Positions 51,887-64,000 of a stretch of DNA of 64,000 bases are shown piece after piece (the first letter of the stretch is position 1; the number at the start of each line of letters is the position of its first letter). The notes beneath the pieces are model-generated. The model did not search any database, had not been told where the DNA came from, and saw nothing but the letters and a program-made list of their open reading frames with translations. The DNA is taken from NCBI RefSeq assembly GCF_009914755.1, contig NC_060937.1, one strand, 5' to 3'. Origin of the DNA: the human T2T-CHM13v2.0 reference genome, Homo sapiens. The position numbers were made by a program, and so were the translations under genes.

Positions 51887-52227
51887 GGTCGGGCGCAGTA
51901 GCTCACACCTGCAATCCCAGTACTCAGGGAAGACGAACGCCAGTGGATTACTTGAGTCCAGGAGTTTGAGGCTGGTGCCTGGCCAACATGGTGCAACCTC
52001 ATCTCTACTAAAAACAAAACAAAACACACACACACACACAAATTAACCAGACGTGGTGACTACACACCTGTAATTCTAGTTCCTCAGGAGAATCACTTGA
52101 AAGGAATAGGAATCACTTGAACCTGGGAGGCAGAGGATGCAATGAGCCGAGATGGGGCCACTGCACTCCAGCCTAGGTGATGGAATGAGACCCTGTCTCA
52201 AAAAAACAAAAAACAAACAAAAAAAAA
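51887..52227 (+). mobile_element. Old Alu (Jb/Sz-like) with (CA)n in its middle A-tract
   Basis: Dimeric Alu; TSD ct(t/c)gctga; internal duplication of gaatcacttgaa (52090, 52110). Confidence 0.88.
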
Positions 52228-52907
52228 CTCGCTGAACTGATGTTTTAAAGAAAAAACTTAGCCATAAGTAACCTTAATAAGTATATAAAGTCATAAAACC
52301 TCAGTGATCATCATACATCTCAAGAATTGTGAATAACGCTGGATTAGTGGAAATGGTGCTGCTTATGTTTGCAAGTGTGCCTCACTGCAATAGAGACCCC
52401 GATTTTAGCAAAAGAAAAATTATGCTATTCTCTTATATTTCTAAATAGATAGAGAACAATATAATGACTTCATGCTTTCCAGAAAGGTTTGTTAAAATCA
52501 AATCCTATCTTTCATGGCTAAATTTGTGAGAAAAGATAGTCATAGGTATACTATCCTTTCTTAAGGAAGATTTATGAAGTTCATAATGTTATAATGTTTA
52601 GCTGAAATATGTATAAGATTTAATTCTTAATTTATTTTAAATTTTTGATACAGCTTATTTTGATAAGATCATGTGGCAGCACTGAAGAGGAGGCAACTGA
52701 TATGAAACTGAGAGATAAGCATAAATACGATTTAGTACAAATAGTAAGTCTTAGTAAGCAAACTATCCAGTCCTTAATTTTTACTCCAAAAATTGCTACC
52801 TATATGAATTTCAGCAATTTATTTCAATATCTATGAGAATAACAAAATTGGAATCACATATATTTTGGTGGTTTGGAAGGGAGATAAAGAAGTTATATGT
52901 GTATACA

Positions 52908-53674
52908 TGTAGCTATTGAGTACTTGCTTTCCCCTCATAGGGCATGTGATAAGCGTGTGGCTCCCTTCTTCCTTGCCCTGCTGCTCATACCTCTAGAGGA
53001 GCATACAGACAGGCAGGCTGGGGGTGCTCTGACACCACAGCAGTGTCTAGGGGTGAATGTTTACAGCTGAAACCCCAGTGGGCATGTGTTACAGGGTGCT
53101 CTTTTAATTTTGCGGTCTATAGACAGCTTGTGTTAACCAGCTCAATTAGACCCTCTACCTTGTCACAAGGACAGAGAGCTTTCTGTATCTCGCGGTTCTT
53201 ATCTCAATGTATCAGAAGACTCAGATCACATGGGAGAATGAGAGTACACCCCCGCCTCCCCCAAACCCCCTGCCCAATGCCCCGGCCAAACTCCACCTCA
53301 CCCCATCAGCTGATGGCCTACCAGCATGCTGGCGTTTGTCTGTGTGCTCTTCCCCTAGTGTGCTCCCAATGTCTTCTCCATGTCCAGCTGCTTGTCTTCT
53401 TCCATCTATGTGTTCCTCTGGCGGGCCAGCAGCTTCTGTCTCTGCCTTGCTAGGGTCTCGGGTTTCTATAGGCCCAGGATAGGAGCGTGGCTGGCCAGGG
53501 TAGTCTTGAAAAATGCAACCCTTGGGAAGGAAGGCAGAAGTGCCTGTCCTCACCTAGGTCCATGGGGGTGGAGCCCTAGCCAGGGACCACTCCCTCCTCT
53601 ACAGGGTGCTTCCCTTCCCTCTTCGATATCATTTAAAGGGACCTCGCTCTTCCCTTCCCAGCAATCCCGTATAA
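52908..53674 (-). mobile_element. LTR1-family (ERV1/HUERS-P2) solo LTR
   Basis: Minus strand begins ~ttatacgggattgctgggaagggaagagcgaggtccctttaaatgata; TATA-like cctatagaaacccgagaccctag; GC-rich. Confidence 0.75.
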
Positions 53675-54169
53675 TATCTAGGGAAATGGTAAAGTCCTGG
53701 TTTACCTAATTGGAGATGCCAATAGACGGCATTAGCAGTTCGTCTATCAAGTACTCTCATAGCTCAAATCACCAATTTTGTTAGAAAACCATAAATATCC
53801 ATGATGCCCATTAAACAAAAACTCACTGGCACACAGTCTATTTTTTTTTTTTTATATAAGCCTTGACTTGCCTTTTGCTTTTGAAAGGTGACAGTCACAA
53901 ATGATTAATCTGATTAACATGTAAGTAAATCTGACCTGCATTTCTATCTAACTGCCATATGTGTGTTATTCTCTGTCAGTTATTTCTGAAAGTTTCACCG
54001 ATCTGTCTGCGTGAGTCTCTCCATTAAAGTCACAGAAACAGGCAGCTTGAGTAGACACTTTATCCACACTTAAGCCCTACTCTTGAGCCTCTTTTTGTGA
54101 CAATAAAGTGATTTTGCTTTCATGGCCAAATCTGGTTTTGTCCATGTATGCTTTATATATATGTAGATT

Positions 54170-54187
54170 GATGATTAGATAGATGAC

Positions 54188-54231
<44 letters not shown>

Positions 54232-54243
54232 GATAGATAGATA
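54170..54243. repeat. (AGAT)n tetranucleotide STR
   Basis: 11 uninterrupted AGAT units at 54188-54231 plus interrupted flanks. Confidence 0.95.
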
Positions 54244-54416
54244 AAATCTGTCATTTATTGCCCAGTTGATGGCAATGAAGATAGTAAGCTGATTTTAATC
54301 ATCTGACCATCCGGTCTCTGTCAGGAGGACTAGGAGAGGGAACAAATTTTCCGTAATGAGCCAATCAATTCAGAATCTAGTTTTCTTTATAGTTTTATCA
54401 ATTTTGTTTGTCTTTC

Positions 54417-54468
54417 CTGTTCTGAGAATTGAGTTACCTATTCTGTTCCTAGAATTGAGTTATTTATT
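54417..54468. repeat. 26-bp tandem duplication
   Basis: ctgttctgagaattgagttacctatt / ctgttcctagaattgagttatttatt. Confidence 0.85.
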
Positions 54469-54832
54469 ATTAAGTTACTGGGTTACAAGACAATGGTTAA
54501 GTTGGGCTTTTAGCCTTTGTCAGTTCTGAGTTTGGGAATTTTTTTATATAATTTCCTGAGATATTATTCTGACAATTGATATAATGCTTTTGGAAATTAT
54601 TCAATCATAAAAGTGTATCCATATTACAAGGATATTTTATCCTTATAACATATCCATACTGTAAAAATATATAATTTAAATTAGAAAAAAATATTAAAAA
54701 ATTTAAGAAATTGAATTTTGTAAACATAAAAGAGGGAAGCTTAATTATTTGGGTAACAAGTGTGTAAATGAGACTAAGTCTCTGTTGGAATAAGAACAGC
54801 AGTGGAATAAAAAGGATTATTTCTGCTTTGAC

Positions 54833-55561
54833 ATTTTTTAAACAGCTTTATTGAAGTATAACCAATATACCATGCAATTCACCTAGTTAGACTTTTCAAG
54901 TCAGCAACTTTTAGTTTACTTAGAAATTTGCGCATCCATCACCACAATCACTTTTAGAACATTTTAATTACTCCCAGAAGAAACTCCACACCCCTTAGCT
55001 TTTATCCCCAATTCCCCTATCCTTCTAGTTGTAGGCAACCACTAAAGCACTTTCTGTTTTTACAGATTTGTCTATTCTGCATATTACATATAAATGGAAT
55101 TATAAAATATATGGCCCTCGGTGACTGTATTCTGTTATGTAGCGTAATGTTTTCAAGGTTTATCCATTTTGTAGCATTTATTCTTATTGCCAAATATTAT
55201 ATTATATCAATATAACACATTTTATTTATTCATTCATCAGTTAATGTATGTTTTGGTTGTTTCCACATCTTGTCTATTATAAATGAGACTATTATGAACA
55301 TTAATGTACAAGTTTTTTTACTGTCATGTGTTTTCATTTCTTTGGGGTATAAACCTTGGAGTGGAATTACTGGATCATATAGTAACTGGGTTTAAACATT
55401 TGTGGAAATGCCAGGCTGTTTTCCAAGTGTCTGTACCACTTTACATGTCCCCAGTAGCATATGAAGATTCCAGTTTCTTCACATCCTTGCCAGCTCATGT
55501 TATTATCTGTCCATTTGATTATAGCCATTCTAGTGGATGTGAAGTGGTATCTCATTGTAGA
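54833..55561 (-). mobile_element. L1MB-type 3' fragment
   Basis: aacagctttattgaagtataa...ccatcaccacaatc...taggcaaccactaa...gtggtatctcattgt. Confidence 0.85.
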
Positions 55562-56863
55562 CTCATTGCAAGCTGGAAACACTTGACATCACAAAAAAGC
55601 AGAAGAGTTTTAGGTACATGTTTTTTTTTTCTCCTCTTCCTCCTTCTCTCAGAAAAAAATAAAACAGGAAAGTTTCTCAGAAGTACATTCAATAAGAGAG
55701 GGAAAATTTTGCAACACAAACACTGTGTTAGCAGAGGTTAAGCTTCAGCCAGTGGCTACAATCACAATACAATTAGATGAGGATTAAAGAAAACAGTGTA
55801 TAATGTAATAGCTGCAAAATCAGACATAGTTCCCTATTTAGCTTAGAGTTTTAGAAATTTCTTCTGCTTTGTAACTGTGAAATATTTTCTAAACAAAATC
55901 ATAAGAATACATTGGTTCATCTTCAGAAATTATATCTTAAGCTTAAAATAATTTATATTTTGAATGGCAAATAAAGCCCGGTTATAAATATGCATATAAA
56001 CACAGAGACACACACACACATACGTACATAAAATTATAGTATTTTCAAGAATAGAAAAGATTAACTTTAAAAAAAAGATAGTGCTTTAAAAAATGTTCAA
56101 GCCGTTGCTGAAGCACTAACAGAAATGAAAAATATATTTACATATACTTATATTGTGACCATGCATTTATGCACACACACACACACACACACAGAGCTAT
56201 ACATTAATTGGCCTTGATTGCTAAGTCACAAAGTAAGAAGTGAAAAAATTCAAATCAGTTAACCAAATAGAAAAAAATGTTTTAAAAGCCTCTGCACTTT
56301 TAAACAAAATTGAAAAGTTGTAAATAATGATTATATAGAGAATATATACACATATATATATACACACACACAGAGATAGGTTTTCTTAAGTAGTAAATTC
56401 AAAGTAGTTAGTGCATTTTCTTATTTAATATGCCTGATAAGGTTAATATATTTCACAGTGGAAGCTACAAATCTATTAAGTATTGTCATCCATAATTATT
56501 AAATATATTATAAAAAGTACAACATAAATGTGTCTGTGATTTTAGTTGCTTATGTTTAAATAACTGTATGTTAAATTAATAACAGAAAGTTTATAAATGT
56601 TAACAAAACAATCACTAAGCATATTATTGGTCTGACTGTATTTTTGTGCTTTTTTATGTTAAAATGTTTTAATAAATGTTTCTCATTTTTAGAAAAGCTA
56701 ATGTATCTAATATTAAATTTAACTTAATAATACAATTATAAATATTAAATCCCATATAACTATAATACTTTTAAAGCTAAAATTAATACTATGGAGTATA
56801 CTAACAAGTGCATATTATTAAATGCTACTGTACTGATAAAAATGTTGTCACTGTAAGCTAGCT

Positions 56864-56865
<2 letters not shown>

Positions 56866-56903
<38 letters not shown>
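56866..56903. repeat. (GT)19 microsatellite
   Basis: Pure GT run. Confidence 0.95.
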
Positions 56904-56905
<2 letters not shown>

Positions 56906-59341
56906 AATCTTTAGACACCTTTTAGTGGTTTTGGATTTTATATTCATATTTTCTATGTAGGAATAAGTTTTCTCTGGAACTACTTTTGATATTTGATTTT
57001 TTAGGATAATAAATCTTTTACAGATTTATTTGGCAATTTTGATAGTCCTCAGATGGCCATTTGTATCAAGTTTCTCTCCTTCCCTTATTCTGGAGAAGAT
57101 CCTAAAATAACTGTTTGCTATTCTCCACATATTAATTGGGTCAACTACTATATTAACTCATTGAAATAGATGAAAGTAGTCACTTCCTTTATCTTTAATT
57201 CCAAATAGGCCTATTCTTTTATTAATATTTCCTTCATACACATACTTTTTAAACTGTTGACAAAGCACTTTCCTGTATATTTTCTTATTTTGATAGTGAT
57301 GACAATACACGCAAGTACATGAAAATAAATCTTGGAATCCAAGTGGCTCTTTAAGTGTGTCACTTGGCAAGTTTATACAGGACCATTAAGCCATTTGTGT
57401 GTTTTTTGGTCCATTTTCTTTCTTAGCTAGCTACCACAGCAACACCGTTTTTTGGATATTCTTAATTATGATAACATCTTTTCTTACTTTTCTCATATAA
57501 ATAAGGTGATATCCTAAATGTGTTTACTCAAGAACAGGGAATTCACAACAATTTTATTGCCTAATTTTACTTAATCTGATAGCTAGAGATTATTCCTCTA
57601 TGGTGCATCTAATAGTGTGGACAACTAAATTAATAAAAGACTCAGGAGGTTTTCAGTCTTGTTTTTAATTTTATAGTTTCTTCAGTTGAAAAAGCTGTAT
57701 CTATAGAAAAATACTCAGTACCTCTTGGACAAAAGACATGCTGCCATTAAATGTGTTTATCTCCTTCTTCACCCATAACTGTAAATGCCACTCCAATCTA
57801 AATCCAGTAACTTTAAATTTTCTGATAAAGCTGAGTTTTCAGTGTAATATCTATACAAACTAAAAGCCTTCCCTGTCATAAATTAATCATTGTTTTTTAA
57901 ACAACTTGTATATTATTTGTTGATGACATACATTACAAACCATCAAGGAATATTTTTTGTGGATTTGTATAAAGACTTTGATACAGGATGAACTTTGCTG
58001 AACTTCTTTTTTAGTTTGCTATGAACAAAACAATGTTTGTAGCTTTCTTAAACATTAACACATCACAGAATAAAATAATTTAAATAACAGTATAATAAAA
58101 TAATACCTTATTAGAGGTATTCCAGTACTTCAGAAAATTTTAATTATTAACATGAGAACACATATAAATGTAATATTTTAGAACTTAAAATTGTCCTTCA
58201 GTTGACTACCAATGAGAGATTTCATCTCTATGTATATAATAATGGTATATACACAATTAGACATTACAAATCCAAAAGGAATTTTGCAAATACAACAATC
58301 GGAATCCACATAGTGAAAACGTATTTACATTTCAAATGTTACTTATGCATAGCAATACATTTTGTCATTGCAAACACACATGCTTGATAACATCTAAGAA
58401 AATCTCTGGTCCACTCATGCTCAAGTAAACCCCTCAATGGCAGGGGGGATTCTTTTCAAGTTTACAAATATATTGGCAGAGAAATGTTACCAGAGAGACT
58501 GAATGGCTGTTGAAATATTATTTTATTTCTAAGTATGTTAACTCTGATAAAAAAAAAATAAAGTTGCAGACTACCTGAAACACCCAAATGAAGGACGATT
58601 TGAAGATTGTACTGAGTTGTTTCAATTATAAGCCTTTTATATGTTTTAGTGATAGATTCTAAATTTTCTGGTTATTTGGCATTTTCTTTATCAAAAGCTA
58701 CTGTGTTTTCTCTTGGAAAAAAGATATACTGATTTTGTTTTTCTCAATTTGAAAATGACTTCAAGTCTGTGTTGTGTTAGACAAACTCCTCTTATACATG
58801 AAATGTGTAATAACTGTGCAAGTTCTTCTGTTTAGTAAGAAATATTCTTGCCCCTACTATCCTCAAAATCTGGAGAATGAGAATGAGATAATGGTATTTT
58901 AAAATCAAATCTTTCCAAAACTTTCATAAGAGATTTCCTTCCCTTGGTTCAAAGTCTTAATAATAATGGCATCTGTACCACAAATCTTCACGATTTTCTA
59001 CTATATAAAGTAGAATAACCATAGACTTGTTGGCATAGTTTGCTGGTAGACTCTACCCATTACATTTTCATTTTGTCAAATATTGTATATATTAAAAATG
59101 ATAATAATATAATAAACACAGCCGTGTATTCAACAGAAGAAAGCTTTATTTTCAAAAGAAATATACTTGGACACATTAATTAAGACTGCGTAACCAAGAT
59201 TTGGTATACTAGAAAAGACATCACTAAGAGAAAACTTTTCATCTGTTTGGAAATGGCTAAACTAGTCTTTTTAGGCAATACTATTTTTAAACCACTGGGT
59301 GTGCACTCATGGATTTATATTGCCCATTATAAGAAAAGACA

Positions 59342-60022
59342 GATATGTTATAAAGTGATCTTTGATGTTATAATTGTAATTACTTTGTGGAGCCATGTAC
59401 CATGCACATAAGTTCGTGATAAATGTTAACTGAGAAATGTTACATGTGTTCTGACTACTCCACCAACAAGCCATCGCTCCATCTCTCTGTGTCTCCTCAG
59501 GGATCTGTGCTAGCATCTCTTATTTTGGTCTTTTTAATAATAGTGATTCTAACTTGCATAATATAATATCTCATTGTTCCGATCTGAATTTTCTAATGCT
59601 TAGTGATGCTGAAAATTTTTTTATATATCTGTTGGCCATTTGTATATCTTATTTTGTGAAATATCTACTCATGTTTTTGCCTACTTTTTAATGGCATTAG
59701 TTGTTTTATTACTATTGAGTTGAGTTCCTTGTATACTCTGGATATTAGTCACTTGTTGGAGAATAGTTTGCAAATATTTCCTCCCATCTAACAGATTTTC
59801 TCTTTACGGTTGTATTTCCTTTGGTGTACAGAAGCTTGCAATAAAGTATTTTTCAATGAAATAATATACTTTTTTTTAGACATAATGCTAGTGTATACTT
59901 AATAGAGTACAATAGAGTGTAAACACAACTGTAATACGTGCTAGGAAACCAAACTATTTGTGTGATCTGCTTTATTGTGGTTTTCTGTAACCCACCCTGC
60001 AATATCTCTGAGATATGTATGC
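59342..60022 (+). mobile_element. Tigger1 remnant (sub-terminal 5' piece 59342-59503, 3' end 59838-60022) with its interior replaced by L1
   Basis: agtgatctttgatgtta...tgtgttctgactactccacc; gcaataaagtattttt...tagacataatgcta...gcaatatctctgagatatg. Confidence 0.78.
59506..59837 (-). mobile_element. L1 (L1MA/PB-like) ORF2 3'-region fragment without tail
   Basis: atctcattg...tagtgatgctgaa...ctgttggccatttgtat...ctggatattagtc...gtacagaagctt. Confidence 0.8.
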
Positions 60023-60135
60023 ATGTGTTTAACAAAAAGGTCTTTACTTGCTTAAATTTCATGAGGAGTCTGATGTGGTAAGGTCCCAGATGTGATTGAA
60101 GACACTAGAGTTCTTGTCTTACGGAATGATTTCTT

Positions 60136-61761
60136 TGTAGATGACATAAAAAATGGAAAAACATTCCATGCTCATGGATATGAAGAATCAACATTATTAA
60201 AATGAGTGATGCCCAATCTACATATTCAATAGTATTCCTATCAAATTACCAGTGACATTTTTCACAGAATTAGAGAAAACAATTCTAAAATTCATAGAAA
60301 GCCGAAAAAGAGCCAGAATAGCCAAAGCAATCTTAAAGAAAACAAAGCTAGAGGGATCAAATTACCTGACTTCAAAATATATTAGAAGTTTATGATGACC
60401 AAAACAGCATGATATTGGTACAAAAATAGACCTATACATCAATAGAACAAAGAGATAACCCAGAAATAAAAGAAAATACTTACCAACAACTGATCTTTTA
60501 CAAGGTCAACAAAAATATGCACTGGGTAAGGATACCTTACTCAATAAATGACGCTGGGAAAACTGGCTAGACATATGAACAAGAACAAAAGTGAACCCCT
60601 ATCTCTCACCGTACACAAAAATTAAGTGAAGATGGATGAAATAATTAAATGTAACACCTGAAACTATAAAAATCCTAGAAAGAAACTGAGAAAATACTCT
60701 TGTGGACATTTGCTAAGGCAAATAATTTGTGACAAAGACCTCACAAGTAAATGCAACAAAACCAAAAATAGACAAATGGAACTTAATTACATTGAAAACT
60801 TTTGCACAGCAAAGTAAAAACAACAAACTAAACAGAAAACCTACAGAATGGAAGGAAATATTTGCAAACTATGCATCTAACAAAGAACAAATATCCAAAA
60901 TTAATAAGGATCTCAAACAAATCCACAAGACGAAAACAACCCCACTGAAAAGTAGGCAAATGATATGAACACATGTAGCCAATAAACATATGAAAAAATG
61001 CTCAGTATCACTAATCAGAAGAGAAATGCAAATTAAAGCTGCAATGACATGCCATCTCACACCAGTCAGGGTGGCTGTTCTTAAAAGTAAAAATACAACA
61101 GATATTGGCAAGGATGCAAAGAAAAGAGTACACTTATACACTGTTGGTAAGAATGTAAATTAGTTCGACCTCTATGGAAAGCAGTGTGGCGATTTCTCAA
61201 TGAACTAAAAATAAAATTACAATTCCACCCAGTAATCTCATTACTGAGTATCTACCCAAAAGGAAATAAATCATTTTATAAAGAGACACCTGCATTCACA
61301 TGTTTATTGCAGCAGTATTCACAACAGCAAAGTTATGGAATCAATCTTTGTGTTCATCAATGGTTGGCTGGATAAGGAAAATGTGGTATATATACATCAT
61401 GAAATACTATGCTGTCATGAAAAAAAATCATGTCCTTTGCAGCAATGTGGATGGAGCTAGAGGTCATTATCCTAAGTGAAATAATTTAGAAACAGAAAAT
61501 CAAATACCACATAATCTCACTTATAAGTGGGAGCAAAACAATGGGTATACATGAAGATGAAGATAGAAATAATAAATACCAGGGATTTTACAATGGGAGA
61601 AGATGACAGGTGGGTGAGGGCTGAAAATTACCTATTGGGTACAATGTTTACTACTTGAGTGATGGGTTCACTAGAAACCCAACCTCATTATTACACATTA
61701 TATTCATGCAATCTACCTGCTTATGTCCCCACTGAATCTAAAATAAAATAAAATAACAAAA
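60136..61761 (+). mobile_element. L1PB4/L1PB3-type 5'-truncated LINE-1
   Basis: ORF2 C-terminal text (KIDKWNLITLKTF); 3'UTR aattacctattgggtacaatgtt...ctgaatctaaaataaaataaa. Confidence 0.88.
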
Positions 61762-61891
61762 ATTATTTTATATCCTGGACAAATGTATTGATCTGCAATT
61801 TCTCCACAACTATGATGCAAATCATAAATGATCCCAAGTTTTAGATAAATATACAATAGCATAAATTTATTGATTAAAATACATTTGGATA

Positions 61892-62198
61892 GGCCTGGCG
61901 TGGTGGCTCAAGCCTGTAATCCCAGCACTTTGGAAGGCTGAGGTGGACAGATCACCTCACATCGGGAGTTTGAAACCAACCTAGCCAACATGGTGAAACC
62001 CCAACTCTACTAAAAATACAAAAATTAGCTGGGCGTGTTGGCAGGTGCCTGTAATCCCAGACACTCAGGAGGCTGAGGCACGAGAATCGCTTGAACCCAG
62101 GAGTTGGAGGTTGCAGTAAGCCAAGATCACACCTTTGCACTCCAGCCTGGGCGACAGAGTGAGACTCTATTTCAAAAAACAAAACAAACGAACAAACA
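61892..62198 (+). mobile_element. AluSx-type
   Basis: Dimeric Alu; TSD ~aca(t/c)ttggata. Confidence 0.92.
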
Positions 62199-63302
62199 AA
62201 AAACACTTGGATAATTAAATTGCTCTTGAATGTGTATTGGCCAGCTAAAGCAAAGTATACATATGTAGTAGTTTCAGTTTAGACATATCAACAAAAGTAG
62301 AAATATCAATGAAGAAGAAAAGTCCCACTGTATTATTGTGCACAGGATTATTGTCTTGACTAGGTCCAGTAAATATGGACACAAAATGCAGAGTATTTTC
62401 CAACTATTTTATGTGACATTGGTGATTCTCCTTTTATTTTCTTTTTGCCTTATACCACTAATATGCAGGTGCATAAAAGTTGCAACATAGTTATGACTAT
62501 AAGCCATAGTACTGGATCAAGAAGAAACTTAAACATTTACAGAAAACATGGATCTTATGACAGTGAATTGGACCTCAGGAATTATGAAAGAGAAATGGAG
62601 CGGCCCTGGCTTAACTAAGCAGGAGATTCTAAAAGAAGTGCAATACTTCTTATCCACAGATAAACACAGTAGGTTCAGAAAGAGCTAAAATTACAAGGTT
62701 TCTTGAAAAAACCATAAATAACTGCAATTGACTTCCATGTTAACGGTTTTGTCTGAACCAGGGTATACTTTCTCTGATAGTTTCCAGCCAATTAGCTTAC
62801 CACTGGACAACATTAAGTCTTCTAGGGAGGAAGCCAGCTTCTATGGATGACATTTTTTCTTTCTCATGGATACATGGTAGGTGTAGTGTTTATGCGCGTG
62901 TAGGTGTGTATGTGAGAAAGAGAGAGATCCAGAGACTGTAGGATTACCTTTTCTCCCACATAATTGGGGATTTTTTAAATCTATGTTTATAAGGAATATT
63001 GATCTATAATTTTTCTATTCTTAGATTTTCTTTTTTTGGTTTTCAATGTAATATTAGACTTTGTGGAATTCTCTTTTTTTAATCTATGGAAAAGTGTATA
63101 CAATATTGAAATTTTATTTTCCTTATATGTTTTATTTGTATTGTTAATAAATTAAGAAGGTATGGGTTTCTTTTATTGGGGAAAATAGTGATTTAACTCT
63201 GAATTTATTGGAAGTGTATTAGGGCATTTTGGATTTTTATTTTGACTGGACAATTTTAGTCATTTATAATTTATTGGATTTTATTTCTAAGATTAAATAT
63301 GT

Positions 63303-63567
63303 GGCCAGGCACGGTGGGTCATGCCTGTAATCCCAGCATTTTGGGAGGCTGAAGCGGGTAGATCACATGAGACCAGGAGTTTGAGACCAGCCTGTCCAAC
63401 ACGGCAGAACGCTTTGTCTACTAAAAATACAAAAACTAATCAGCATGGTGGCACACGGCTGTAGTCCCAGCTACTCAGAAGGCTGAGGCAGGAGAATCTC
63501 TTGCACCCGGGTTGCAGCAGAGGTTGCAGTGAGCCTAGTGAGACTGTCTCAAAAAGAAAAAAAAAAA
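63303..63567 (+). mobile_element. AluSz/Jb-type with a right-arm deletion
   Basis: gcagtgagcc joined to tagtgagactgtctc, lacking the cactgcactccagcctggg block. Confidence 0.85.
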
Positions 63568-63898
63568 TGTATAAAATGTTTCATGGTATTTTTCTATTAT
63601 ATTTCCTATTTTTTTATTTCACTGTATCTGAAATGTTAACTTTCTCTTTGTTACTAATATTATTTATTTCTGACTTCTCTTAATCATTCAGGTCTTTTTT
63701 ATATAGTTCCATATAATAGAATCTTTTACTATGTTGTCCAGTGTATATCAAATAACAATTGTTTTACAGGCTCTGGACCTCAGAGACGATTAGACAATGA
63801 ACATTCTTTAACGATGTTGCCTTAACAATTCATATTTACATTTGGGTAGGCTGTATTTTAAATTTTCTGAAAATTGAACTTTTCCAATTAGGTGAGTA

Positions 63899-64000
63899 CA
63901 TGTAAACTTTGAACAATACAGGAGACTTAGGGGTGCCGACTCTCTGTATAGTCAGAAATCTGTGTATAACTTTTGACTCCCCCAAAACTGAACTACTAAT
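63899..64000 (+). mobile_element. Tigger2/Tigger2a 5' end, runs off the window
   Basis: TA-ca...ttgaacaa...ttaggggtgccgac...tataacttttgactcccccaaaactgaactactaat. Confidence 0.8.

Noticed and set aside
53043-53709. GC-rich ORF cluster as a promoter or exon
   Set aside because: Lies within the LTR1-family solo LTR

Overview
AT-rich, CpG-poor primate genomic DNA, most likely human (one Alu carries 4 of 5 AluYa5 diagnostic bases). It reads as a gene desert or large intron. I found no host protein-coding gene, RNA gene, CpG island or CRISPR array. Every recognisable ORF in the track comes from a dead transposable element. The window holds a full-length L1PA7 with an open ORF0-like antisense frame, a complete THE1D provirus, three Tigger1 copies, internally deleted L1PB1 and L1MA elements, MER50-, MER4-group- and LTR1-type solo LTRs, several MLT1/MST LTRs, MER6, MER85, Tigger3a, Tigger2, MER63A, nine Alu-family elements, MIR/L2 relics and microsatellites. 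I see no credible new biological system. The items most worth a second look are three small templated-insertion/fold-back scars, an in-frame L1 ORF1-ORF2 fusion junction, a piggyBac MER85, a young possibly polymorphic AluYa, an L1-patched Tigger1, and a few non-repeat islands with motif clusters or splice signals. Subfamily calls come from recalled consensus sequences and need RepeatMasker/Dfam confirmation.
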